Position numbers and translations under genes: made by a program. A stretch of DNA of 64,000 nucleotides, taken from the IMG/VR virus record IMGVR_UViG_3300049255_000542; one strand, given 5' to 3'. How positions within the stretch are numbered: position 1 is the stretch's first letter; every line of letters starts with the position of its first letter. Under the pieces are notes generated by a model, which saw nothing but the letters and a program-made list of their open reading frames with translations, searched no databases and had not been told where the DNA came from. The DNA is from an uncultured virus (IMG/VR IMGVR_UViG_3300049255_000542). Taxonomy: Duplodnaviria; Heunggongvirae; Uroviricota; Caudoviricetes. This document shows, piece after piece, positions 19,348-27,491 of this stretch.

Positions 19348-19379
19348 GAAAGACGGCTCCGCCGTGAAGCGGAGCCGTC
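19348..19379 (-). terminator. Hairpin/terminator after the major capsid gene
   Basis: 11-bp stem GACGGCTCCGC/GCGGAGCCGTC followed by TTTC on the minus strand. Confidence 0.7.
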
Positions 19380-19401
19380 ACGGATCGTGGCGTCAGGCGA
19401 C

Positions 19402-20976
19402 TTAGCCGGCCGCGATGTTCGCGATCACCGCCATGGACGGCGGGAAGTAGTGCTGCAGAACTTCGTCCGCATACACGCCAGTCTCGTAGCGGCGGGCGCG
19501 AGGCGGCCACTCGATCTGGTAATAGTCTTGACGGGTGCGGATCTGCATCACGTTGCCGACATTCGACAGCGGATACGGCAGCGTGCGGCTGGTCATCAGG
19601 ATCGTGCCCGCAGGCATGTTCGGGTGAATCCTGATCTCGATGTCTTTCGCGCCGGCCATCGAGAACTTGTTGAGATAGCTGCGCGCCATCACGCCGCCGA
19701 CGATCTTGTCTTGATCAACGGTGATGGTGAACCGCTGAGCGCCGGTGTTGGAGTTCGCCAGAATTTTGGTGCTGATATTCTGAGCGACCTGCGAGCCGAC
19801 CCACATGGTGTCGGGCGAGAGACGGTAGTTGTCCCACATCGACTTGAGCGCGGTATCGACTTGGACGATACCACCGAAGTTGTCAGCCGTGAGAACGGTG
19901 CCAGTTCCGGCAGTGCCGGTTGGCAGATAGCTGACGTAGGAGTTCGACCCGCTCTTGAGCGCCTGGGTGAGCAACCCGTCGAAGACCAAGCCGTTCGTCG
20001 AGTTGTCGCCGGTGCCGAGCGACGCGGCAGTCTGCGTGCCGGCCGCAGTCGCGGTGATCACCACCGAGTTGATGGTCGTGATCGCACCGAGGACTTCCGA
20101 GCCGGCCGGCGTGCTCCAGAACCACGCGTAGCCGAGAGCGCCGGTCACTGCGGCAACGGTTGCCGATATGGAGCCAGCACCGCCGCCGCCAGAGACAACC
20201 GCGGATGCCGCCGCCGACTTGCGCGCCGCACCACCACCGAAGCTGTCGGACGAAGCGTCGGCATTGAGCCGCGTGATCTGACCTTGGATGCCGCCAGTGA
20301 CGCTGCCGTTGATCACACCGTCCAGCGAGAGCGCGACGCAAATCACGCTGTAAGTGGCGTCCGCCAAAGTGCCGCCCGACGTGGCCGGCGTTGTCGATGG
20401 CGTTGGCGTGGTGCCGAGCGCAAGCGACGTGTTGCCGCCGAGGATCAGGGTTTCTTCGCCGAGCATACAGGCTTCGAGGCCGGTCTTGGCGCCGATCGCC
20501 TTCACGTCGTCAAAGCCCATGCCGGCGTACTGCGCCTCGAAGTCAACCGAGGTCTCGATGCCGATGCCCTTGTAGGCCGCGGTGTAGTCCTGAGTGGACA
20601 CGGCCTGCACGCCGCCACGGTTGCCGCCAGAGACACCGATGCGAAGACCGGACGTGTTGACGCCGGTGACCGCACGCCAGTTTGCCTGGATGCCGCCCTT
20701 ACCCGACACGCGCGGGATTTCGTTGCGGAGCGGCGTGAGCACCGGATACAGAAACTTCGCACCGAGCTCCAAGTCGTAGTAATTCAGACCGGACGTCGCG
20801 GAGCCAGGCTGTGAGAACGTGCTCTTGGCGAGAGGGTCGCCAGGCAACGGACTGGCGTGCGCCTTCTCGACTTCCTTGAGGAAGCTGGTCGCACTTGTCA
20901 GCGCGACTTCGTATTCCTGCGAGGTCCGCGGAAGCGCAGACTTCGCAAGAATATGCTGCAGGTTGGGTTGATACAT
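19402..20976 (-). CDS. Major capsid protein (HK97-fold) with inserted Fn3-like domain
   Basis: Follows the scaffold; YDLE..AK.LYP..TPLRN.IPR, FDGL, HPNMPAGTI, DYYQIEWP, YETGVYADEVL motifs. Confidence 0.85.
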   Translation of the reverse strand: MYQPNLQHILAKSALPRTSQEYEVALTSATSFLKEVEKAHASPLPGDPLAKSTFSQPGSATSGLNYYDLELGAKFLYPVLTPLRNEIPRVSGKGGIQANWRAVTGVNTSGLRIGVSGGNRGGVQAVSTQDYTAAYKGIGIETSVDFEAQYAGMGFDDVKAIGAKTGLEACMLGEETLILGGNTSLALGTTPTPSTTPATSGGTLADATYSVICVALSLDGVINGSVTGGIQGQITRLNADASSDSFGGGAARKSAAASAVVSGGGGAGSISATVAAVTGALGYAWFWSTPAGSEVLGAITTINSVVITATAAGTQTAASLGTGDNSTNGLVFDGLLTQALKSGSNSYVSYLPTGTAGTGTVLTADNFGGIVQVDTALKSMWDNYRLSPDTMWVGSQVAQNISTKILANSNTGAQRFTITVDQDKIVGGVMARSYLNKFSMAGAKDIEIRIHPNMPAGTILMTSRTLPYPLSNVGNVMQIRTRQDYYQIEWPPRARRYETGVYADEVLQHYFPPSMAVIANIAAG

Positions 20977-21011
20977 GATCGTTGTTCCGTGTTTGGAGAT
21001 TGGTGGTGCGC

Positions 21012-21091
21012 TCACGCGCGGTGATCGGCACCGTCTCCGGTAGCCGCACGATCAAGCTGCGCTCGCCCGTCTCCGGGCGGCGGACACGCGA
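21012..21091 (-). ncRNA. Candidate structured cis-RNA with two GAGA-tetraloop hairpins upstream of the capsid gene
   Basis: Minus strand CGCCCG-GAGA-CGGGCG and TGATCG..TACCG-GAGA-CGGTG.CGATCA inside a TCGCGTG/CGCGTGA closing stem. Confidence 0.45.
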
Positions 21092-21096
21092 CGGGA

Positions 21097-23223
21097 TTAA
21101 GGCCGGTGGAAACCGGGTGGCGCCGACATCGGCCGAGACTGCGCCTTGCGGATGGCAGCTTCGGCCAGTGCTTCAAGCGCACCGGGTTGCTCAAGCACGG
21201 TGCCGGCATTGCCAGCAATCGAGCTGTCGATCGACTTGTCGACGACACGAACCGAAGTCGAGCCGATCGGCAGCGGTTGGTCCTCGATCTTTTTGACGCG
21301 CTCGGCAACATCGGTGACGATCACCGCAATGCTGTCGAGCACCTTCTTGAACTCGGACCGTTCCGCAGTCAGCACCTTGTTCAGCTTTTCCGTCTCGCCC
21401 ATGTCGCCGTCTTCGGCAGCATCACAGCAATCGGGATCGAGCTCGACCAGAAGATCGTGCGCCTGGGCGATGCGCTCCTTGTCGGCTTTGGCGTGCTTGG
21501 CGCCGGCCTTCGCCAGCGTGTAGACGCCGTTGATCTTATGCAGATCGATGAGGATGCTCGCGCGCTGAATGGCACCATCGGCTTCACCCTGTTCCTCAGC
21601 GGTGATGCCTGCGATCGCTCGATCGAGAATATCGGCGACCAGGTCCGCACAATCGACAAGCACGGTTCCGAACCGAGTGCAGAGCTCGTTGCGTTCGGGA
21701 TCGGCCGCGCCCCAGCGCGTGATCATTTCGTAGTCTTCCTCGAATTGCTCCAAGGAGGCCAGCAGCGCCACAAGGTTCGACACGAAGTAGAGATTCTTTT
21801 GCACGGCCGCGCCGTCTCCGGCGAGCGCGAGCTTCTTAGCGTCCTTGTCCTTGGTGCTGCCTGACCAGTCAGGCGGGAGTTCGTCAGTACCGCCAGACAC
21901 TGCTTTCGCACGCTTGATGATGTGGCGCTTGTCCGATGCCGAGCCCTTCGAGCGGATCCAATCCTTGACAGCGTTGGCAACATCCTTCGCCGTCTTGATC
22001 GGATACGATCCGTCTTTCTTGGCCCAGCCTTCTTTTGCGCCCTGCTTGCGTTCATCGTCGCTGTAGTCTTTCTTCGCCATGCCGTCTCCGGCAGGCTGTT
22101 GATCGACCTTCACGACGGTCTTGCCCGCTGGCGCGGTAGTGGCGTCTCCGCCACTTTCGCGCTTCGTGAGCGAATCCTTGATGCCGGCCAGCGCGTCCAT
22201 TACCGGCGCGGCCTGAGTCTTGGCGGCAGTCTCCGCCGCTTTCTCGATGAGACGCTTGCGCATTTCACCTTTGGTCTTGAAGAACTCGCCGGGCAGCATC
22301 TTGTGCCGCCAGCCCTGTTCCTCCGAACCATCGTCGGCTTCGACGGCGCCGTGCGGGATCGCAACCGCCGTCGTCTCGGCAGTCGCGGCCGCAGCCGGTG
22401 TCGCGGCCTTCATGAGCTCAGTGGTCGCGGCACCGATGAAATCAGCCCACTTGCTTTCGTTGCCAGCCGCCTTCGCGAGCTCGGTGGCGCGCACGGCAAT
22501 GTCGCCGTTCGACGGGAGACTGACCGCGACAAACTTGACCGTGACAGACTCCGCGGGCTTGAACTTGCGGAGCTCGGTCGAACCGTCCGCCTTGATGACC
22601 GAGAACGTGGCATCCGGCAAACACGGCAGATCGACTAGCGATACCTCGATCGGCTCCGCGGTGTAGCGTTGCAGTCCAGCTTCGTCTTTCCACCGCTTGA
22701 TGTATTTGCCGCCCTGCGAGAAGCCGGTGTAGACGCCTTCCTCGACCTTGGCCCACTCGGCATCATCAACGACCTTGCCGCAGATTTCGATCTGTCGGGC
22801 ATCGTCGTTGAAGTTGATCGACGTGAGCTTGCCCGCGGCGACATTGCCGTGCATCGCACGAAGATTGCCGAACGACTTGCCTTCCGTGACCTTGGCGATA
22901 TCGCCCGACCACTTCTCATAGTACGGCTTTGTCGATGCGTAGTCGCAGACTTCGCCCGACACGTCCGGCTTCTCGGCCGTCGCCACACCGTAGACGAGAC
23001 GCTGTGCAGCATCGACTTTCGTGATCGGGATGAACAGCTTCAGTTCGTCCATTGCGGACTCCTTCGTCGCCGGATCGCCGGCAGCGGGTTTCTTGGAACG
23101 CCGTCGCTTTGCTCGGCGTCGCGCACCTTCAAGGTCGTAGCCCTGCAATCCGGTGGCAGCGGATCCGGGCGCTGAGAACGTGGACTTGATCGCACCACCG
23201 GGTGGCGTGCTGCTGTCACGCAT
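21097..23223 (-). CDS. Prohead protease/scaffold fusion (main start likely ATG 23052; upstream in-frame ATG 23223)
   Basis: KVDAAQRLVYG, LRAMHG, YTGFSQGG, EVSLVDLPC.P.ATF protease motifs; internal DUF6582-like YPIKT..DV.NA segment; coiled-coil C-terminus; AAGGAG RBS before 23052. Confidence 0.82.
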   Translation of the reverse strand: MRDSSTPPGGAIKSTFSAPGSAATGLQGYDLEGARRRAKRRRSKKPAAGDPATKESAMDELKLFIPITKVDAAQRLVYGVATAEKPDVSGEVCDYASTKPYYEKWSGDIAKVTEGKSFGNLRAMHGNVAAGKLTSINFNDDARQIEICGKVVDDAEWAKVEEGVYTGFSQGGKYIKRWKDEAGLQRYTAEPIEVSLVDLPCLPDATFSVIKADGSTELRKFKPAESVTVKFVAVSLPSNGDIAVRATELAKAAGNESKWADFIGAATTELMKAATPAAAATAETTAVAIPHGAVEADDGSEEQGWRHKMLPGEFFKTKGEMRKRLIEKAAETAAKTQAAPVMDALAGIKDSLTKRESGGDATTAPAGKTVVKVDQQPAGDGMAKKDYSDDERKQGAKEGWAKKDGSYPIKTAKDVANAVKDWIRSKGSASDKRHIIKRAKAVSGGTDELPPDWSGSTKDKDAKKLALAGDGAAVQKNLYFVSNLVALLASLEQFEEDYEMITRWGAADPERNELCTRFGTVLVDCADLVADILDRAIAGITAEEQGEADGAIQRASILIDLHKINGVYTLAKAGAKHAKADKERIAQAHDLLVELDPDCCDAAEDGDMGETEKLNKVLTAERSEFKKVLDSIAVIVTDVAERVKKIEDQPLPIGSTSVRVVDKSIDSSIAGNAGTVLEQPGALEALAEAAIRKAQSRPMSAPPGFHRP

Positions 23224-23267
23224 CGGCGGCCTGCGTTGTGTTTCGTGGAATTAATTAATCGCGCAGT

Positions 23268-23483
23268 TCACTTCGTGCCGACAGTGCGCGTGCCGACGAC
23301 GACAATGCGCTCGCAGTCCAGAAGCGTACCGCTCTTGTAGACGCGATCGAGCTCGGTGTTGGCGATGATGTACACGCCGGCGCCGATGCAGGCTTTGCGT
23401 GCCAGTCCCGGCGACGAAAACGTACCGACGATCGCCGGCGCACCGTCCATGTCAGGCAGCGTCTTGGTGACGACGAATGGCAT
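23268..23483 (-). CDS. Small hypothetical protein
   Basis: GAGGA RBS; directly after the portal stop. Confidence 0.6.
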   Translation of the reverse strand: MPFVVTKTLPDMDGAPAIVGTFSSPGLARKACIGAGVYIIANTELDRVYKSGTLLDCERIVVVGTRTVGTK

Positions 23484-23484
23484 G

Positions 23485-25974
23485 TCAGTCCTCGACCACC
23501 GGCACTAGATCGCACTCACACCGAGGGTGAGCAGTAGGCGCATCGTCACCTGACGGAAATTCATCGTCAAGATCGATGTCGCCTTCGTCCGCGTTCTCCT
23601 GACAAATCTCGCACGGGTTCGGTCCAAGACCCCATGCCTTCCTGACCTTCACACCCGCATCGTCGCGAGCCGCTTTGTACCCTGCGAGCGCGCCAGCACT
23701 ATTCGCATCCGCGATTTCCGTGCGCGCGATCAAGTCGGCGCGGTCATCGGAGAACAGCCCGGAATCAGAAATAGCCTCAGCGATTGCGTCGGTACCGATG
23801 TTGTTGTCGAGTCCGCCAGCGATGAGATCGCGAAGCATGTTGCGCGTGCGCTCATCGATGCCGCTGACCATCGTGGCCGCTTGGCTTTCGGCCATCGCGA
23901 CCGCGCGGTCATTGACCTGGTCGACAAGATCCGACCGATCGTCAACGCCAAGCTGCGCGAGCGCCATCTGGCCGCTGTCAGTCGTGATCGATGAAAGATC
24001 ATCGGCTACATCGCCAGTGGCATCGACCAGCAACGAGAAGTCGAGATCATCGACGATCGCCTGCGCCTGCGCCTTCGCTTTCCCCTTTTTGTCTTTGCTG
24101 ACCTTGCCGAGCTCATCGCGCACTGCCGCGATAACTTTTGGCTCCAGCTTTGAGAACGTCTTGGCGAGAACCGCCGCCATCAGCTTGATCCGACCGCGGA
24201 CAAGCGGCCGGTCAAAAGGGACAGGCGCGGACCTCCGACCGCGTTCTGCACGCTTGCCGAACGGGATGCTGCCGTTCAAGCGATCATCGAAACCCGGAAT
24301 GGGTTCCTCGCCGCGGATCATACGGGTGAGACTCGCTGTTGCGTCTGCCTGTTCATCAAGCGTTTTGGCGGTTCCCAATCTGAGACGCACACAAGCAATC
24401 GCGGCATCGTACCGGGCTTTCTTTGCCTGCTCTGCGGAATCACCAGCGGGTTTCCCTTTGGCGCCAGCGTTATTTCCACCTTGCTCGCCGTTTTCTCCGC
24501 CTTCGGAATCACCACCTTCGCCGGGCTGACCGGGCGTGGGCGGCAGACCGAACGCGTCGATGTTCGCCTGCTTGCCCTCGATCGTGTTGGCCTCGATCGG
24601 CACGTAGCCGGTCGGCGTGAGCACCATCGGCTTATTGGCAGCGGGATCGGAGAAAGGATCAAGGCCGTCGTTGTCGCGCGCCTCGTTGATGGTGAGACGT
24701 CCAGACTTGACCTTGCTGTCGAGGATCTCGTTCTGCTTGCCGGGATCGGTTTCGTCTTGCTCGATCCACGTCAGTTCCAGATCTGGCGAGTTGAATTCGT
24801 CCTCGATGATCGCATTGGCGAATTCGGCTATCCACTCCTTGGTCGGCTCAAGCCCTTCCTGTTCCGCGTTCTCGGAGTGCTGTTGCGCCTCAGCGCGCCC
24901 AACCATCTTCGTCGCCCACTGCGGCGAGACCGAAAATGCGTAGCAGGTGATGCGCGCGAGCCATTCGTCGAAGTCGTTCTTTTGCTCCGGCTCTTTTGTT
25001 TGGTGGACCTTGGCCGCAGTGTCGCCGGGCACGAACTTGGCGCGGCGGCGCTTCGCGAGATCACCAGCGAATTCCGTGTCCCAATATTCCTGGAACTGCT
25101 TGACCTGGTCGGGCGTCCACGTGTTGGGCACGCCGATCAGCGCGTCAGGAATCGAGCCCTCGGTGTAGTAGTCTAGTTGCCACATCTGACGACGTAGCGC
25201 GATCTGCACCGTGAGCAAGATCTGTTGCACCGGCGAGTAGCCGTAGACCTTGTGCGGCCGGACGTTGCGCGGCCGATAGATGATATCGCGGGTCGAGTAG
25301 TTGGTAGCTGGCAAGCCCTTGAGCACTTGCTGGTAGGCAGGCGGGAACACATTCGCACCCGTCTGATCTTTGTACGGCGTCGGCGTGCGGCCCCAATCGT
25401 CGATGACCCGCTTGATGGTCGCGCCGTCAAGCTGACAGAGCGCGAGTAACTTGCCGCCGCGCGTCCGCTGGCAATACAGCGTCGGGGCGTCGATGACGAA
25501 CAGGTCTTCGAGCACACCGTAAATCCAGGTCTTCCACGGCGTGATGCCATCGGGCTTGCGCCAGAATTTCGTCAGCGCGTCGATCCGCGCCTGCATTTCA
25601 GGAGCAATCGTCGAGTTCTTGCGCTTATACTTTGGGTCACGCGGATTGATCGCCCAGCGCGAGCCCATGATCTGGCTCTTGCGAGTCTCGATGACGATCC
25701 GCAGCAAGTCGTATGCCTCGGCGAAACCGCGGAGCTCCGCGAAGCCGACAGGCTCGTATGCGCGCGGCCGAGTGACAAGGTTGTACCCGGGCGGATAGTC
25801 GAAGCGCCGGCCGGCGACGTCCGGAGGCGCGATCGGCGCGAGCGGATTGAGCGGACCGAACCAATCGGCACCGGTGCCGCGCGTGATTCCTTGGCTCGAG
25901 CTATAGCTGACCTGAATGTTGTACGGCGACAGCGGCCACTGCGGCTGTCCCGCACCGCGCACTGGTTCAGCCAT
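23485..25974 (-). CDS. Portal protein fused to MuF/SPP1 gp7-like minor head protein
   Basis: Portal motifs LDGATIK, YGYSPVQQ, LTINEAR; C-terminal RADLIARTE, C..C, P.AHPRC.C MuF motifs. Confidence 0.88.
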   Translation of the reverse strand: MAEPVRGAGQPQWPLSPYNIQVSYSSSQGITRGTGADWFGPLNPLAPIAPPDVAGRRFDYPPGYNLVTRPRAYEPVGFAELRGFAEAYDLLRIVIETRKSQIMGSRWAINPRDPKYKRKNSTIAPEMQARIDALTKFWRKPDGITPWKTWIYGVLEDLFVIDAPTLYCQRTRGGKLLALCQLDGATIKRVIDDWGRTPTPYKDQTGANVFPPAYQQVLKGLPATNYSTRDIIYRPRNVRPHKVYGYSPVQQILLTVQIALRRQMWQLDYYTEGSIPDALIGVPNTWTPDQVKQFQEYWDTEFAGDLAKRRRAKFVPGDTAAKVHQTKEPEQKNDFDEWLARITCYAFSVSPQWATKMVGRAEAQQHSENAEQEGLEPTKEWIAEFANAIIEDEFNSPDLELTWIEQDETDPGKQNEILDSKVKSGRLTINEARDNDGLDPFSDPAANKPMVLTPTGYVPIEANTIEGKQANIDAFGLPPTPGQPGEGGDSEGGENGEQGGNNAGAKGKPAGDSAEQAKKARYDAAIACVRLRLGTAKTLDEQADATASLTRMIRGEEPIPGFDDRLNGSIPFGKRAERGRRSAPVPFDRPLVRGRIKLMAAVLAKTFSKLEPKVIAAVRDELGKVSKDKKGKAKAQAQAIVDDLDFSLLVDATGDVADDLSSITTDSGQMALAQLGVDDRSDLVDQVNDRAVAMAESQAATMVSGIDERTRNMLRDLIAGGLDNNIGTDAIAEAISDSGLFSDDRADLIARTEIADANSAGALAGYKAARDDAGVKVRKAWGLGPNPCEICQENADEGDIDLDDEFPSGDDAPTAHPRCECDLVPVVED

Positions 25975-25989
25975 GTCGGGCACCCAGGA

Positions 25990-26724
25990 TCATGCAACCA
26001 GTCCGTACCAGTGAGACGGTAGTTCTTGACGCGGCTTCGGCCGAGATCGCGCCGTCTTTCGGCGGCGCTGCAGGCCCATGATCCGCGCGATTAAGCCCAC
26101 ATCGTTCTGGCTGATAAGCCAGTCTTCGGCGATGTCGATGTGCCGCCGACCAGCCAGCACTTCGCTGATGATCGCCAGCACCCCCGACACTCGAAGGTCG
26201 AGGCGCTTCATCTGCACGTGGATGTCGCGGTGTCGCGGATGGGCACGCCGCACTTTTTGCTGCGCATTGACGGACGCCCGGTTTTCCGGGTTCGCCATCC
26301 ACTTGCGGTGAAGCTCACTGCGGCGCGCCCGTATCTCTGGCCGCGCCAAGTATTGCTGCCGGCGTTGTTTGACCTCCGGCAGATTGTAGCGCCGCCGACG
26401 GTTGGCGTTCAGACGATCGCGATTGCGCGCCCGGTACTGCCGCCACCATTCGCGCTTGCGGGCTTTGACGTGCGGTCGCCGGTTCAGTTTGCGACGGCGC
26501 GCCTTCGCCCTTTCAGTACGCTGATAGCGACGGGTAGCTGCACGCAGCTTCGTCTTTACGTCAGGACGTTGCCGGTAAAGACGCGCACGGGCTGCGCGAC
26601 GCGCCTTGACTTCCGGTCGGCGACTATAGGCCCGCTGTTTCGCGAGAATCCGTTTCTTGACGCGCGGCCGAGCGTAGTAGGAGCGCCGGTATGCACGCCG
26701 ACGCTCCGCATCCTTGTATGGCAC
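25990..26724 (-). CDS. Very Arg-rich repeat protein with C-terminal HTH-like segment
   Basis: MPYKD start; repeated RP[E/D/H]VK[A/T]R helices; ...AGRRHIDIAEDWLISQNDVGLI. Confidence 0.6.
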   Translation of the reverse strand: MPYKDAERRRAYRRSYYARPRVKKRILAKQRAYSRRPEVKARRAARARLYRQRPDVKTKLRAATRRYQRTERAKARRRKLNRRPHVKARKREWWRQYRARNRDRLNANRRRRYNLPEVKQRRQQYLARPEIRARRSELHRKWMANPENRASVNAQQKVRRAHPRHRDIHVQMKRLDLRVSGVLAIISEVLAGRRHIDIAEDWLISQNDVGLIARIMGLQRRRKTARSRPKPRQELPSHWYGLVA

Positions 26725-26741
26725 GCTCGCCGATCGGCAGA

Positions 26742-27476
26742 TTAGGCCGGAGCGGTCCAGCTATAGGTGAAGTCGTAATCGACCAGACCGTTCGCAGCCG
26801 GTGCCGTGGTCGACGCGATCGTGCGCGCCACCGTGTCAACCGTCGCAGTCGAGGCAACATCATCCACTGTGACGTTCGACGTACCGAGAACTTTGGTGGT
26901 CTTCGCCGCCTTGATGAGCGCGAAATCCACAACGCCCGGACTCGTGGAGACGCCGAAGTCGTTGGACAGGCCGATGCCGATGGTGTTGCCGGTGCCCGAA
27001 CCGTTCGCGGCGTAACCTGAGACGGTCGCCGACGTGATCTGCGAATACGCCCACTTGCTCTTGACCGTGGCGCTGGCGTTCTCGATCAGGCTGATGGTCT
27101 CACTGACCGGGTTGTTGTCCTGGTCGAAGCCGACGATCGCCAGCGAGCCCGCGGTGATCGCCGTGGTGGTCGTGGTGCCGATGACGATGCGGATCTGGAG
27201 CTTGCGCGCGTGCGGTGGCTGCGCCGCGAGCGTGAGCGCCACGTTCGAGGGGGTGACCGCGGCGACGATGCTGATTAGATCGGCTGGCAGCGGCGACGAA
27301 ATAAACTCGCGGCCGATGAAGTTCACGGCCCACATGAAGCCATCGTTCATCAGCGGATCGACGTCGCCGTTCTGCACGTTGCTGATCGTGCCGTCCGCAG
27401 CGATGGTGTAGTTCGTGCCGCTGCGGCCATTGACCGTGCCGCCGACGCCAGCCGGTGCAATAAGTTTGATCGACAT
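26742..27476 (-). CDS. Putative head decoration/structural beta-rich protein
   Basis: GGAG RBS; Thr/Gly/Val-rich; located between terminase and portal. Confidence 0.7.
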   Translation of the reverse strand: MSIKLIAPAGVGGTVNGRSGTNYTIAADGTISNVQNGDVDPLMNDGFMWAVNFIGREFISSPLPADLISIVAAVTPSNVALTLAAQPPHARKLQIRIVIGTTTTTAITAGSLAIVGFDQDNNPVSETISLIENASATVKSKWAYSQITSATVSGYAANGSGTGNTIGIGLSNDFGVSTSPGVVDFALIKAAKTTKVLGTSNVTVDDVASTATVDTVARTIASTTAPAANGLVDYDFTYSWTAPA

Positions 27477-27491
27477 TTCGATGTCTCCGTT

